Source: Podarcis gaigeae
Taxonomy: Eukaryota
Reading direction: 5' to 3' (one strand)
DNA: 64,000 bases
NCBI GenBank assembly: GCA_964106915.2
Contig: OZ066924.1
Under the pieces are notes generated by a model, which was not told the DNA's origin, ran no database searches, and saw only the letters and a list, made by a program, of their open reading frames with translations. A program made the position numbers and the translations under genes. Shown here one piece after another: positions 13,289-24,894 of the stretch (position 1 is the stretch's first letter; every line of letters starts with the position of its first letter).

Positions 13289-14142
13289 CATTGATAATAA
13301 CTGTGGCAAAACCTTGAAAACCATGTTCATCCACAGCTTCTGTAATCTGAGCTCCACCTTGAGGGTCAGAGAGCACAACATAAAACATTTCCTGTCCTTC
13401 AGGCTCATCATCATCAAGAATGCTGACAGACACCTGACTTTCTCGTTCCCCTTCCAGCAATGTAACAGACAGAGTCAGCTCCTCAAAATCGACTCCTTCA
13501 ATTGCCCAGGTTAGATTAGAAATCCCAGAGACAATCTCAAAAGGGAATGTATCTGTCCCACTCTGAGCACTTATTCCACCAAATGTTTTAACAGTGACAG
13601 AAACATTTCCCACAAAACCTAGAGTCCTCCTAATATGAATCAGAACTGCATTGGGTGTGCTGCTGTCGGTGTCTTCTTCAGTGTAAATAATAGCTGGTCC
13701 AAGACTTAAAATTCCATTATGGATAACAATATCACTTGCCAGTAAGGTAACTGATGCAACACTAAACTCTAGGTTCAAAAGTGGATTCCATGTTGGGTCA
13801 AATGGGTGTGTAGCTATAACTTCCACAGATGTTAAGTTCACAAAAAATATTTCATCTTCTTCTGAAATGCTGTCATCAATTATCAAGATTTCAAACACAA
13901 CCTCAGTCTGAAGGCGTCCAAAAACAAGCTCTCCATTATGAACAGGTTCAAAGTCTTCTAGTGGTTTGGCACTTCCTGCAATGGTCTCATAGAACAGTTT
14001 TGTGAGGTTGCTTTGGTAGCCAAAAAGTCTTTGTACATACAATTTGACCATTTGTGCTTCTTCCCTTACTAAAATATTTGTTGAGTTAGGTGCAAACTGG
14101 AAGATTCCCATTGGTTCAATTTCAGCAACGGTGAAGCCTGGT
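13289..14142 (-). CDS. ADGRV1: ADGRV1 large exon (~74), two Calx-beta repeats
   Basis: 854 nt open frame; PGFTVAEIEPMGIFQF...ILDDDEPEGQEMFYVVLSDPQGGA...ATVIING. Confidence 0.96.
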
Positions 14143-14374
14143 CTGGAACAAAAACAAAGTGAAAATTTTATTTGCGAAGACCTACAAAAGGAAGTACAAC
14201 CACAAGCAAAAACAGCTCATCTTACCATTTCTGGTTATCAGAAAAAATCTTTCTCCAGCCTTAGGTAAGAGCATCACCATTTTTTAACAGCTGGAACCAA
14301 CTAAGAACTTGGATGTAATTTTTCAAAAAGAAAAAGAAAAAAAGAGTGTGTATATTGGATTCATCTTAAATGTA

Positions 14375-14603
14375 CAGTCATACCTCGGGATAAATACGCT
14401 TCGGGTTAGGCAAATTTGGGTTGCGCACCACGGCGACCCAGAAGTAATGGAGCACATTACTTCCGGGTTTTGCCACACGCACATGCGCAGAACATAAAAA
14501 TGATGTCATGCGCACGCGCAGACGCGCCATCGCGTCTTGTGTTCCATTCGGGATGCGAACAGGGCTCTGGAACGGATCCCGTTCACATCCTGAGGTACCA
14601 CTG
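14375..14603. mobile_element. Tc1/mariner (Tigger-like) MITE
   Basis: TA|CAGTCATACCTCGGGAT...ATCCTGAGGTACCACTG|TA; CpG-rich interior. Confidence 0.8.
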
Positions 14604-14929
14604 TACTGGAAACATTAGTTCATAAAGAGATTTTCTGTGTGTGTGTTCTTTCTCATATGTATTTCTCCCCCCCCCCCCGCACACGGATAGAGAAATGCTC
14701 ATGTACACATCTCTGTGTAATGAATGGTCGGAAGGCAAGTTATAATGGTTTTTGCAAAGCTAGAAGGTTTGGCTCTGTAAGCTTCCCAAAGGGAAGACTA
14801 CTATGTGAGCAGGTCAAGATTCTTTGAATGAGTGGGGGATATAAGAGTAATTGAATAATGAAATGAGATCAAAGTTTTTACTGCCAATGTCCAGCTCCTG
14901 AATAGCATCTGACCAATAGCCTTTCTTAC

Positions 14930-15065
14930 CTCAGATGAGCTCCACCAGATACATTGCTATGCACAGCTGACAAATGTATAGCAAATGCTTCAGGGATACT
15001 TGGATTTGGTATAACATGGAAAGAAATTGTCCTGTTTGGTTCACCATGAGGAACAATAACAATGC
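14930..15065 (-). CDS. ADGRV1: ADGRV1 exon (~73)
   Basis: 136 nt; GIVIVPHGEPNRTISFHVIPNPSIPEAFAIHLSAVHSNVSGGAHLR. Confidence 0.92.
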
Positions 15066-15797
15066 CTGAAAAGAGAAAGGAAGGAAGTTGCTAAAAGAAC
15101 AATTGAATTTTTAAACAGAAACAACAGTTTCACATTAGATCGTAGTTTCAGATTTGTCTCTATTCATCAGTCAATCACAAAACAAAGGTTTGGTAATATC
15201 AACAGAAGTTAATTTATGTTGTGCTTATTTGGGTGTAAGGTAACTTACAAAGCTGTATTTTGCTGGTAGATGGTGGTATGCCTCTTTACAAAGACTTGGT
15301 TGCTCTTCTTTTAACAAATATTAAAATAAAATGAACATATGCAAATTTGAATAAAACCCTAATGAATAAAAGCGTAACACAAAACTTGAATTTTGAATAT
15401 CCCTGGCAAGACACAGCATTCTCTCTTAAGAATTTTATCCTCTCATCAGATAATGCAAGCAGGAAATGAGCAGTCTTTACAGTTCTATATGATTAAAGAT
15501 AATAAAAGTTATATATGTTTTCCCCCCAGATGTCTGGGCCAGGAATAGAACAGGAAAATGCCATCTTTAACCCAGTGTTCTCAAGAACTTTCTTCTTCCA
15601 ATGAAATAAAACTGCAACAGTCAGGGTCGTGATGTGATGAACATACTTCTGGCCTGTAAGGGGCAAAATCATCAACAGCCTAAGCCTTGTGATTTAAAGA
15701 TTCTATGAAGCAAAAGATGGTGCCAACAGTAGAGCATATGATTTGCATGTAGAAGATCTCAGGTTCTTCTTGTACGGGGCAAAATGGAGGCACTCAC

Positions 15798-15969
15798 CAG
15801 AAGCTGGTGTAATATTGCCTGGTTGAAGGAACTCTGGAATCAAGCCAGGTGGATATCCAGAACTCCACATTACTGTGATGGAGCCATACACTCCTTCCCG
15901 AGTTATCATTGCTTGGGTTGTCCCTGCTGTAATATTTGTAAGTCGTAAGATAGCAGACTCAAAGGCAAC
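15798..15969 (-). CDS. ADGRV1: ADGRV1 exon (~72)
   Basis: 172 nt; VAFESAILRLTNITAGTTQAMITREGVYGSITVMWSSGYPPG...PAS. Confidence 0.93.
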
Positions 15970-16600
15970 CTACCCAAATGGAGAAAGATGTTGTTATTGT
16001 GAGAAATGGATGATTTTACCTGCACATACATGTTATTCTTTAGCAGCAGCCACATGGTGCTTAAAGTAAATTTATACTTTTGTGGATCAAATATTCCTAT
16101 ATGAAGTATTGCTTCTACTGGCAGCATCATACACTCCTTTAACAACCCTAGAATTTTTACATCTGGCTCTGGAACGCATCTAATTCTCACACTATCAACA
16201 CAAGGTATTTTTTTTGCATATACACATGGCAACAAGATACAGTGTTTCACTTCTCTCCTCTGAAGTCTAATGATATCTAAATGAAAATTTCCTGAAGCAG
16301 TTGATAGAATTTGGAACCATATAACAAAAACTATTCATGTTTTTCAAAACCAAATGTATTAGTATTTGATCCATAAAAATCTACATTCTGCTCTTTGCAC
16401 ATGTTGCTTCCTAAATGCATGGCAAGTAAATGCAAGCACATATTGAAACCAAAAACCTCACCAGTTTTTACACAGATACATTTACAAATAATTTGTTCAA
16501 ATGCTTCAACATATGGCAGCCAGTTAATTCTAACAACATTGTGTCTGCATTAATTTTGATCTGCCCTCTGGTGGTACAGATGTTACATGGCTGTACTTAC

Positions 16601-16744
16601 CTGAGAATTGGCAGCTTCTTTGGGAATTGGGACAGAGACTGACATCGTTGTATTTAATATTTTAGGCACAATATTGGCACTAACATTGAACAGGGTTACG
16701 CTGTTCAGTTTCAGAGTAAAATTCAAGCCCAGGAAGAGAAACAC
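16601..16744 (-). CDS. ADGRV1: ADGRV1 exon (~71)
   Basis: 144 nt; VFLFLGLNFTLKLNSVTLFNVSANIVPKILNTTMSVSVPIPKEAANSQ. Confidence 0.92.
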
Positions 16745-17408
16745 CTGAAAGGAGATAATCACTTATCTGTTTTGTCATCAGCTAGGAAATAAGAACTACG
16801 TGTGAGACATTCAAACAAGAAATCCTCATATTGAGAACTGTTTTAAACATGTTGTTTTCTAAAATCTTTCCCAAAAGAATAATAGAATATAATGTTAAAT
16901 TATGAATAATGGCAGATGGTGGCATATTCAAGCCACAACTGTTTTAAGTTCATCTTCAGTATTTATTTATTGCCTATAAGCAGAATACAATTATAATTAA
17001 TCATTTACAGTGTGCAAGGAGGGTTGTTGTAGTAGTAACAAGGTGTTCAGCCATGCAAACCCTCACCCAGTATAGTTCATGAAAAAGCTGAAAGCATAAT
17101 CAGGCCCCAAGGCAGATGTTTCCTCATGGACAGAGACTGTACCCAAGCAAGATTCTGGATCATGAAAGACTATACTATGGGAAACATGCTGTCACTAAGA
17201 AAATATTTTAAATTGCAAGTTTTCTTTGTCCATCAGTACTGCGTATAGAAAAAGCGTATTTCAAAGACTACAATTCAGGGACTGCTATTGAAAGGGCTTT
17301 CCTGGGAGACAATGTTTTCATATGATAAGAGGAAATGCACAGGCAATCCCTCCCTACTGCACATGTCAAACCTCCCTTCCTTTGAAAGGTCCCAGCCACA
17401 ATCTCTTA

Positions 17409-17850
17409 AAGGATATTGACAGACTGGAATGTGTCCCAGAGGAGGAAAGATTGAAGGAGTTGTGTGCGTTTAGCAAGGAGAAGAGATTATTAAGAGGTGA
17501 TGTAATAGCCATTTTCAGATTTTCGAAGGGCTGACACATCAATGGTGGAACAAATTTGTTGCTCCAGCAGGCAGGAACCAAACCAACAAGTGCATATTAA
17601 AGTGGTTTAAGACTTAACATCAGGAAGAACTTTGTGATGGTAAAATTTATTACTAGTTTTTACCATCCATTACTATTCAGTAATGGAACAGACAGCATCA
17701 GAAGATGGTGGATTCCTTAGTTAGAGGGTTTTTTAAAAAAAAAACTAGAGGCCAGATGGCTACTGACCAAGGATGCTACAACAGCAGATTTCCTGCCCAG
17801 GCAGGGATTAGGATCGATGACCTCTGGGGTGCCTCTCCACTCTGATTCTA
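17409..17850 (+). mobile_element. CR1 LINE 3' fragment (decayed ORF2 C-terminus and 3'UTR)
   Basis: KDIDRLECV/EERLKEL..FS.EKR.LRGD.IA.F motif typical of CR1 ORF2; ends in a gatgacct...ctctgattcta tail. Confidence 0.8.
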
Positions 17851-17986
17851 GAAAATGGGACTCTTACTTTTCTAGAAAGCTTTGGGTTGCAGCCAAACTT
17901 ATAATGGACAATGGTCACAAAGTATTGCTATGCTGCTTACTCAACTCAGTTTCAAGGACCTCACAAGGTAAAGAGAAATTACAGAC

Positions 17987-18460
17987 CTGGGTATGTATTG
18001 GCACAGTCTTCACTCCAAAACTGGAACCTGCTTTAACTAGCAGATGTCCCACTGCATTGGTTGGCGTGACTAAGCTTTCTTCACTAGGAGATGAAACATG
18101 ATACTCCACAATCACATCTCCAAAAGTCCCCGCATGACGAGTTACGTTAATCTGGATGTGCCGGCTCAGATCGTGCTTCACCAGCACTGACTGCTTTTCA
18201 GAATACAAGGCAAATACTCCATGGGGATCATCATTTGCCAAAACAGTGAATCCAGAAGTGCTTTTCTCCTGATCCACATCAGCTCCTCCTTCCACTGAAG
18301 TAAGCTGTACCACATAATGCTCATCTATTTCAGGGACATCATCAGGCAATAAGAATATAACAATCTCAGATGTCCTTTGCTCATCAGGAATCACAGCAGA
18401 GCCACTGGTGGAAAGGAAATCATCTGTAGTATCTGAATCACTACTTAGCTCCCAGTGAAC
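17987..18460 (-). CDS. ADGRV1: ADGRV1 exon (~70), Calx-beta
   Basis: 474 nt; VHWELSSDSDTTDDFLSTSGS...LPDDVPEIDE...ANDDPHGVF...PIHTQ. Confidence 0.96.
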
Positions 18461-18548
18461 CTGAAATAAAAATCTTTGATCAGTAAGTTCAAAAAGTGGT
18501 GAGACCTTCATATCTTTTTACATATTAGACAATTACTTTTAAAATGAA

Positions 18549-18584
<36 letters not shown>
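18549..18584. repeat. (ATT)n microsatellite, likely the tail of a minus-strand LINE fragment
   Basis: About 12 units seen. Confidence 0.9.
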
Positions 18585-19491
18585 TATTTGATTTGTATAT
18601 ACCCTTTAATCAATGATCCCAGAGCAGTGTACGACATTAAGAAAATAATTCATACAGCATAATAATAAACCATAATGCACAGCATAGTAGCAAAATACTC
18701 ATAATAACAGTTCCCCTAAATATGTCCCTCTAAAAGTAATAAGCACATTCCTCTAAGAAACATTTAAACTGATTTATTGTTTATGCTTGACATAGTTTTC
18801 CAAATCATTCCAACAAAGAAATACAGTATGATTGCCTATTATGCACATTTAACTTGCACAATTTCAACCATATGTGGCTGAAGGCCACATAAGTTAAATG
18901 CAAGCAAGGGGGAGATATTAAAAAGGGTTTTCCTGCTGCAAAAAAGAGTTTTTTAAGGTTTTTGCCTTGCTTGGGAAGTAAGGTCCAGTCCACGTGGCAA
19001 ATCTGGGATGCTCCTGTGAGATCTTGCAGGAACTCAGACAGCCCTGTGAGATCTTGCAAGAGCATCTTGGGGGCTCCAGAGCTGACATGTGGAGGCGGCT
19101 TTGTTCCCCAAGCAAGGCAGTGAGCTTAAAAGCGCTGGGGAAACCCAATGCCAAATGAGCTTCTAAGCTCCCTGCTTTGCACTGTGTCCAGAAGCACCAG
19201 GATGCTCATGCGGCGACAGTTCCAAGAGTTTGAGTATATGTATTTTTGCAGATACATGGAACCCTTGTGTAAGATGTGATCATACTGTAAATTTAAAAAC
19301 CTAAAACATTCAGAAACTTTAGTTAAGAACTTTACGAATCTACCATACATTGCACAATGTCTCCATAAGATCTAATTTCACCTTCATAGTCAAGGGTGAG
19401 ATCAAATGTGCTGCTAAAGACTTCAGATTACACTGTTGCAATTTGTAGCAAAAGTCGAAACCACCAAATAAGCACCAAAGGTTGAAACTAC

Positions 19492-19641
19492 CGTAATGTT
19501 CCCCATGGTGCCTTGAATTCGCATTATGAATAGCACGATACGTAGTGGCCCTTCAGATGCTGACGGCTCCTCGTAGTACTTTGGGGATAATGATTCAGGG
19601 GCAAACTGCACAATTCCATTGGGATCTCCAAACTTCAGAAT
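19492..19641 (-). CDS. ADGRV1: ADGRV1 exon (~69)
   Basis: 150 nt; ILKFGDPNGIVQFAPESLSPKYYEEP...GTMGNIT. Confidence 0.93.
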
Positions 19642-20743
19642 CTAAAAATGTTTTCAATAGCATATAATTGACTTTCCTTGCTTGTGGGACAAATAAAAAT
19701 TAAACAGTTTAAGCAACAATTCATGAGATATTAATTCCATGTTTACTTATTCCCTTTAAAAAAAATGGCATAAGATCCAAACAACAATGCAACTAATCTT
19801 TTATGCTGTGACTTTGAGCTTGTTTTTGAACAAATAAACAAACCTAAGCATGGCAGCTAATTGTTTTGTTAAGGTTACAATGAGAGCAGCATGTAAATTA
19901 CAAAAGGACCTGAACTGTGATAATAGGATTTTGTGTGCATATTCTGCAAATGAAATCAAGTGTATTGACTTCACACAACAATGGTCAATAATAATTTTGG
20001 ATGCTGATAAACATAAATTATTAAAAAGAACAAATTAAATGTTGGGAAGGTTAGAATGACTCAGTTCTTTGGGGGAAGAAAAGTTTAATAAAACTGAAAT
20101 GGGGAAAATTATTGATCCACTCATGTTCAGGAAGGAGAAACAGTAGAAGAAATGTTATCTAAGAAGAACAATGGCCAAGATACAGATGACTGTATCAGTG
20201 CCTGCTTCTCAACAGCTTGGTAGGGCAAGATGCCCACTTATTTTCACTCAGCTGCAAATGCCTCCATATTTTGAAAAGAGGTATTGGTGGGGAGGCTGTG
20301 GGGCCATGAGGTTAACCCCACTCCCATGGTCAATATGCACATTGGCCACACCATGTCACTGCCAATGCAGCAAGCATGAGAAGGGGCTATATGCATGCAT
20401 GTTCCCAGAACGCCTCAACACAAGAGGAACTCTTATTTCAGCCAAGATTCGCCTTCCTAAGGAGGAGCTTTATTCATCAGTATGTGCATAGAATAGCTTC
20501 AGATTTTGGTCAAAGCACAGATGGACATGGCTCTTATGTGTGCCAGTAGTGGGAGTGGGGCTAGTCAGGTATCCCCACAACTTTCTCACACATTCTTTAA
20601 ATGCAGGGAGGAGGAATGGCTGAGCCTTCCTCATGTCGCAAAGCTTTCAACAATTCCTGGGCAGGAAAAACACTGAGCAACCCAACCTGCTTTACTACAG
20701 AAACAGTCCCAATTTTTTTATTTTTTTTTAAAAAAAGATTTAC

Positions 20744-20983
20744 TATTAGTGTAATGCTGGCAGCCTTTGGATCCAGTTCTGTTTCACCCTTTGCAATGCT
20801 CAGTCGAACAATGTAGGTCTCCTGAACTTCAACTTCTTCATGAGGATAAATTTCCAAGGTGATGCTTCTCAGACCACCTTCTGCTTCTTCAAAATAAAAG
20901 GATCCGTTCACCGGGTCACCAATGTCACTGTTCAGAGCAGGTAAAATTGTCTCTGAGTTAGGTCCTAAAATATCCCAGTTAAT
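20744..20983 (-). CDS. ADGRV1: ADGRV1 exon (~68)
   Basis: 240 nt; INWDILGPNSETILPALNSDIGDPVNGSFYF...ASITLI. Confidence 0.94.
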
Positions 20984-21608
20984 CTGTGAAATATATAAAT
21001 TCCAAAGGTAGCATTTGTTAGTATTATAAGCAAGTTGCAATAGAACAATTATGGTAGCTAGTACCTTTTACGAAAGACATTAACTGGAGGATGGCTGGAG
21101 AGTTGCTCTATTTCCCATGTGAGTATTGGCAAGAGAAGCACAGTCCTTCTAACCTCAAGTGGCTTAACTGATCTAACAACCCTTAGCCCATAGCAGTGAG
21201 TCCCATTTTACTCATGTTTTTTTTTTTATATCCCACCTTTCTGTCCATGAAAACCCTCAAGCAGTTAATGATGTATCAGTTATTTTTTAAAATGTAAAAG
21301 ACAGCAAGCAATACACCAATCTGCAAAACTGGAAAGCACACAAACCAGAAAAAAACAACCACAGTAAGAGGGGTGGGGAATGGATAGCCAAATTACCACC
21401 TACTCTAAATGCAGGTTAAAATAATCTTATCACATTCAGTAGATGCGTAGACCAGAAACAATTCCTGTATAATCTGGTTTACAATCTTATACGACACAAT
21501 CTTATAGAAAAATGAGGGAGTGTGAAATTTAATCTCATTCATTTCATAATAAAATGCATCCTTACAAAAGGAATTCACCAGCATCTAATTTAAGACGGGG
21601 AGCCATAC

Positions 21609-21828
21609 CTGAGATTCTCCCACCAAGCCTCCAGTTCTTTCCAGGACCAAGGACAGCGTCAATGACATATCAGGATTGGGGATAATTATTCGGCTTTGGT
21701 TGAGGAACCGGACAATCCCATGCGGAGAGTCGCTCTTAGCAATAGTTATCTGGGTCACTAGGTGGAGCCCAAGGACTGCTCCCCCACTAGCACTTATTAG
21801 CTGGATTTCAAACTGCTCAGCATATTCT
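21609..21828 (-). CDS. ADGRV1: ADGRV1 exon (~67)
   Basis: 220 nt; EYAEQFEIQLISASGGAVLG...ERTGGLVGESQ. Confidence 0.94.
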
Positions 21829-22218
21829 CTATTCCAGAAACAATAGAAAAGATCACATTTTGCTACCAAACATGACCTCTCTGTATAGGCATCATTAAAA
21901 TCTGAATGCCCAGCAATTCACCAGAACATTTGCATATATTCAATATTAATTATGGGTGGTTTACACTGTAGACATAAGAAAGGGAAAATAACTGCCAGTG
22001 CATGATCTGCATTTATATATGTAATTGCAGCTTATTTAACAGACACATAGAAACTCTATTTTTTAATTTCTTCTTCATAAGAGAAATTTACAGGAAACCA
22101 GAAAAGAGACTGAGATAATAATGGTTGTTCTCTATTTTATTCTTGATCAATGTTTGCTTCACAGCTAAAAATTTTGTTTACAGCAAAAAAAAAAGTTTAT
22201 CAGCAACTTTTTAAAACG

Positions 22219-22340
22219 AAGTTTTTAAGCAGAGGTTGGATGGCCATCTGTCTTTGATGCTTTAGTTGAAATTCCTGAATTGCAAGGGTTGGATCAGATG
22301 ACTCTTGGAGTCCCTTCTAATTCTACAATTCTATGATTCA
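22219..22340 (+). mobile_element. CR1 LINE 3' end
   Basis: ttttaagcagaggttggatggccatctg...gtcccttctaattctacaattctatgattc, a CR1-type terminal repeat. Confidence 0.75.
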
Positions 22341-22416
22341 AAAGATATTCTCATATATTTTTAGACCTCCTTATCCATTTCCCTGTCATATGCAAAGAAG
22401 TCTTCAACATCATTAC

Positions 22417-22618
22417 CTTTCATCGTCATCTATGATTAAGACACTGATGAAACTCTGGTTTTGGCCATGATGAAAAATGACTGAATTATTTATGATACTG
22501 TAGTCAACACCGCCAGGAAGAGCTGAAATACTTCTAGATATGAAATCTGCAGTCACTAAGCCGTAAGTCCCACGTCTTCGCACCACTGGAATCATTATCA
22601 ATCCAACATCTTCTTCCA
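22417..22618 (-). CDS. ADGRV1: ADGRV1 exon (~66)
   Basis: 202 nt; VEEDVGLIMIPVVRRRGTYG...IIDDDER. Confidence 0.94.
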
Positions 22619-23511
22619 CTACAAAAAATGAATTCAAAGTGAATGAGTGACATTTTCTAAATTGCATGCTTGTATATGGCCATATCATTTATTCTTTTAC
22701 TTGAGTTCATATGTTTGGGGAGGGGGGTACTCAGGCAATATTAGGAAATTGCCCCCAAATGCCACCAGTGGTAGGACAAAAATTGGAATTGCAAAGTGAT
22801 TATTTCACAAAGACATTTGTTGCATATCCTTGAAAGCTGATTATTTCTACTTGTTTGAACCACAGAGGGAGAGAATCACTCAGAAGGTCCCTGTTGGTAC
22901 ATTTCATTTTACATTTCTCACAAGCTATTTAACCCATAGAGATTCATGGAAAAGCTTTGCATTTTCCAGTGCAGCACACAGTGAGGCGCTGCTATTGCTA
23001 CTTACTGCTGCTCTCAGCTGCTGAACTGGGCTGAACTCCCACCATCCCAAGAGCCAAGGGCATCTTGTGAGGAACAGCAGCAAAACTTTCTGCTTTAGGG
23101 GTGATAGTATCAATGGGACATCTGTAAGAGTACCTGTCACAACAGTTATGTTTTTGTTTCCTGGTGCTAAAAAACAACTTTAAACTCTGTTTGGGGGAGA
23201 TGTTTAAGTGCACTTTTGCATTCTTCTGTAGCTATTGATGCCACCAAAGAAAATAAATAAGGAAATCGAAACCTAAAACAAGTACAAGATTTTGAATGGA
23301 TAGTACTGTTTTATTATATTTTTATTACATTAATATTCTGCTTCTCCCTGACATGCATATCATGTGCATGGGATTCTGAAAAGACCTGCAGAGGTCCAGC
23401 AAGAGTGCTCAACCATCTGTTTCCACACCAAGCTCAGAGGTCATCATTAACAATGATAAAGTCATTCATTTGCTCTTTAAAATGCAGCATGATGCTATAT
23501 CCTTAACCTAC

Positions 23512-23660
23512 CTTGCAGACTTGTATAGAGTGGATCAAATTCAATTATGCCCTCTGCATTGTCACTTTTCGATATAATGATTTTTATTACTGAGGCATTT
23601 CCTATCTCAGGGGGTTGGTCAACTTGCAGTCCATTTTCTTTTATCGTAAAATCAAATCCA
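23512..23660 (-). CDS. ADGRV1: ADGRV1 exon (~65)
   Basis: 149 nt; GFDFTIKENGLQVDQPPEIGNASVIKIIISKSDNAEGIIEFDPLYTSLQ. Confidence 0.93.
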
Positions 23661-24065
23661 CTTGCAAAAGTATGTGAAGGGAAATATAAAGAAATTAGGC
23701 AATAAGCTCAGATTCCTGGCTGTCCCAGTTTTTGTCCTGTGACAAACTGGCTTAGTTCAGACATAGCTGCACTGCTAACCATAGTTTCATGCCAAGAGAA
23801 TGAGCCTGGATTTGGTCCTGGTTTGTAATATAGATTAGTTGGGCAACTGCAAATTGTAGTAGTAGTAGAAGAAGAAGACGAACAACAACAACAACAACAA
23901 CAACACCCAGTCATTAATCTCTATCTTGCAATCTACAGTTGAATCCAAAACATAACATCAAGTAAGATATCCAGGGTTACTAAATTTGTTATATATATGT
24001 ACCACATATAGCAAATTCTGTCGCCATGGTTAATCTTCTCCCATGCAATGAAATTTATTTTTTAC

Positions 24066-24298
24066 CTTCCCAGTAGTTCAACTTTTGTCATTTCTATTGA
24101 AAACTCCTCAGGACCTTCAGGGAGGTCATCATCATGGATTTCTGCATAAATAGTTTTCATAGTCTCCTTGGGTTCAAAAGTAACCTCTCTGAACATGAGA
24201 GTAAAATCCATGCCTTCAACGGCAGTTCCATTCATCGCCTGATACCAGAGGCGAATTTGCCCGTAATATCCATGTGAACGGACAACTGTGATATTAGC
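24066..24298 (-). CDS. ADGRV1: ADGRV1 exon (~64), Calx-beta
   Basis: 233 nt; ANITVVRSHGYYGQIRLWYQ...IHDDDLPEGPEEFSIEMTKVELLG. Confidence 0.94.
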
Positions 24299-24453
24299 CT
24301 GTTGAGGACAAGCATTCCTTAAGGCTCCAATGACACTACATCATGTTGCATTGTAACGTTGATTACAGCTGTATGTTATAACTGTTGCAGGTGCCGCACA
24401 ATACTCATTACACACTTGTAAGAAACCATTATTTTAGGGTGGAGGCACACTAT

Positions 24454-24491
24454 GACCATGATCGTATAGTGGTTAGTACTCTGCGTTGTGG
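24454..24491 (+). pseudogene. 5' half of tRNA-His(GTG), tailless retro-fragment
   Basis: ccatgatcgtatagtggttagtactctgcgttgtgg matches vertebrate tRNA-His positions about 2-37 (GCCGTGATCGTATAGTGGTTAGTACTCTGCGTTGTGG, recalled); the 3' half is absent. Confidence 0.85.
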
Positions 24492-24529
24492 TTAAAACAT
24501 TTTTCTTTAAGCAAGCCTACCCAGACATG

Positions 24530-24685
24530 CTTGAATTTTGTTTTAGATTTTTGCTGATTTTAACTGTTTCTAAAATACTTTTACTTTTGTTTTCAACTGT
24601 TTTAATAATTTTACTACTTTTGCAAGCTGCTTAGAGGTTTTGTTACAAACCAAGTGGTATATAAGTTTTGTTAAATAAATAAATA
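24530..24685 (+). mobile_element. LINE (L2-type) 3' tail
   Basis: T-rich run, then gcaagctgcttagaggttttgttacaaaccaagtggtatataagttttgtt and (AAAT)n. Confidence 0.55.
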
Positions 24686-24708
24686 CAATAAGTGAACTCC
24701 CCACTTGC

Positions 24709-24894
24709 CCATTTTTCTTCTTCAGACGTCTGCAGCAGTTCCTGGGAGAACGCAAACTTCCCATAGGGGAAGTCACTAGCAGCCATGGTGATGTTTGCTG
24801 TGCTGGCAGACTCATTTATGATTCCTCCATCACTGATACCACTTAGATGAAACTGATAGTGATGTTTTTCCTCTGGAACATCGTCATCTAGAGC
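24709..24894 (-). CDS. ADGRV1: ADGRV1 exon (~63), non-canonical GC donor
   Basis: 186 nt; ALDDDVPEEKHHYQFHLSGISDGG...QTSEEEKW followed by TGG|GCAAGT; phase 0 is required by the next exon. Confidence 0.88.

Noticed and set aside
17322-17534. 70-aa ORF with reverse-transcriptase-family similarity as a functional gene
   Set aside because: It is a short, internally deleted CR1 ORF2 remnant.
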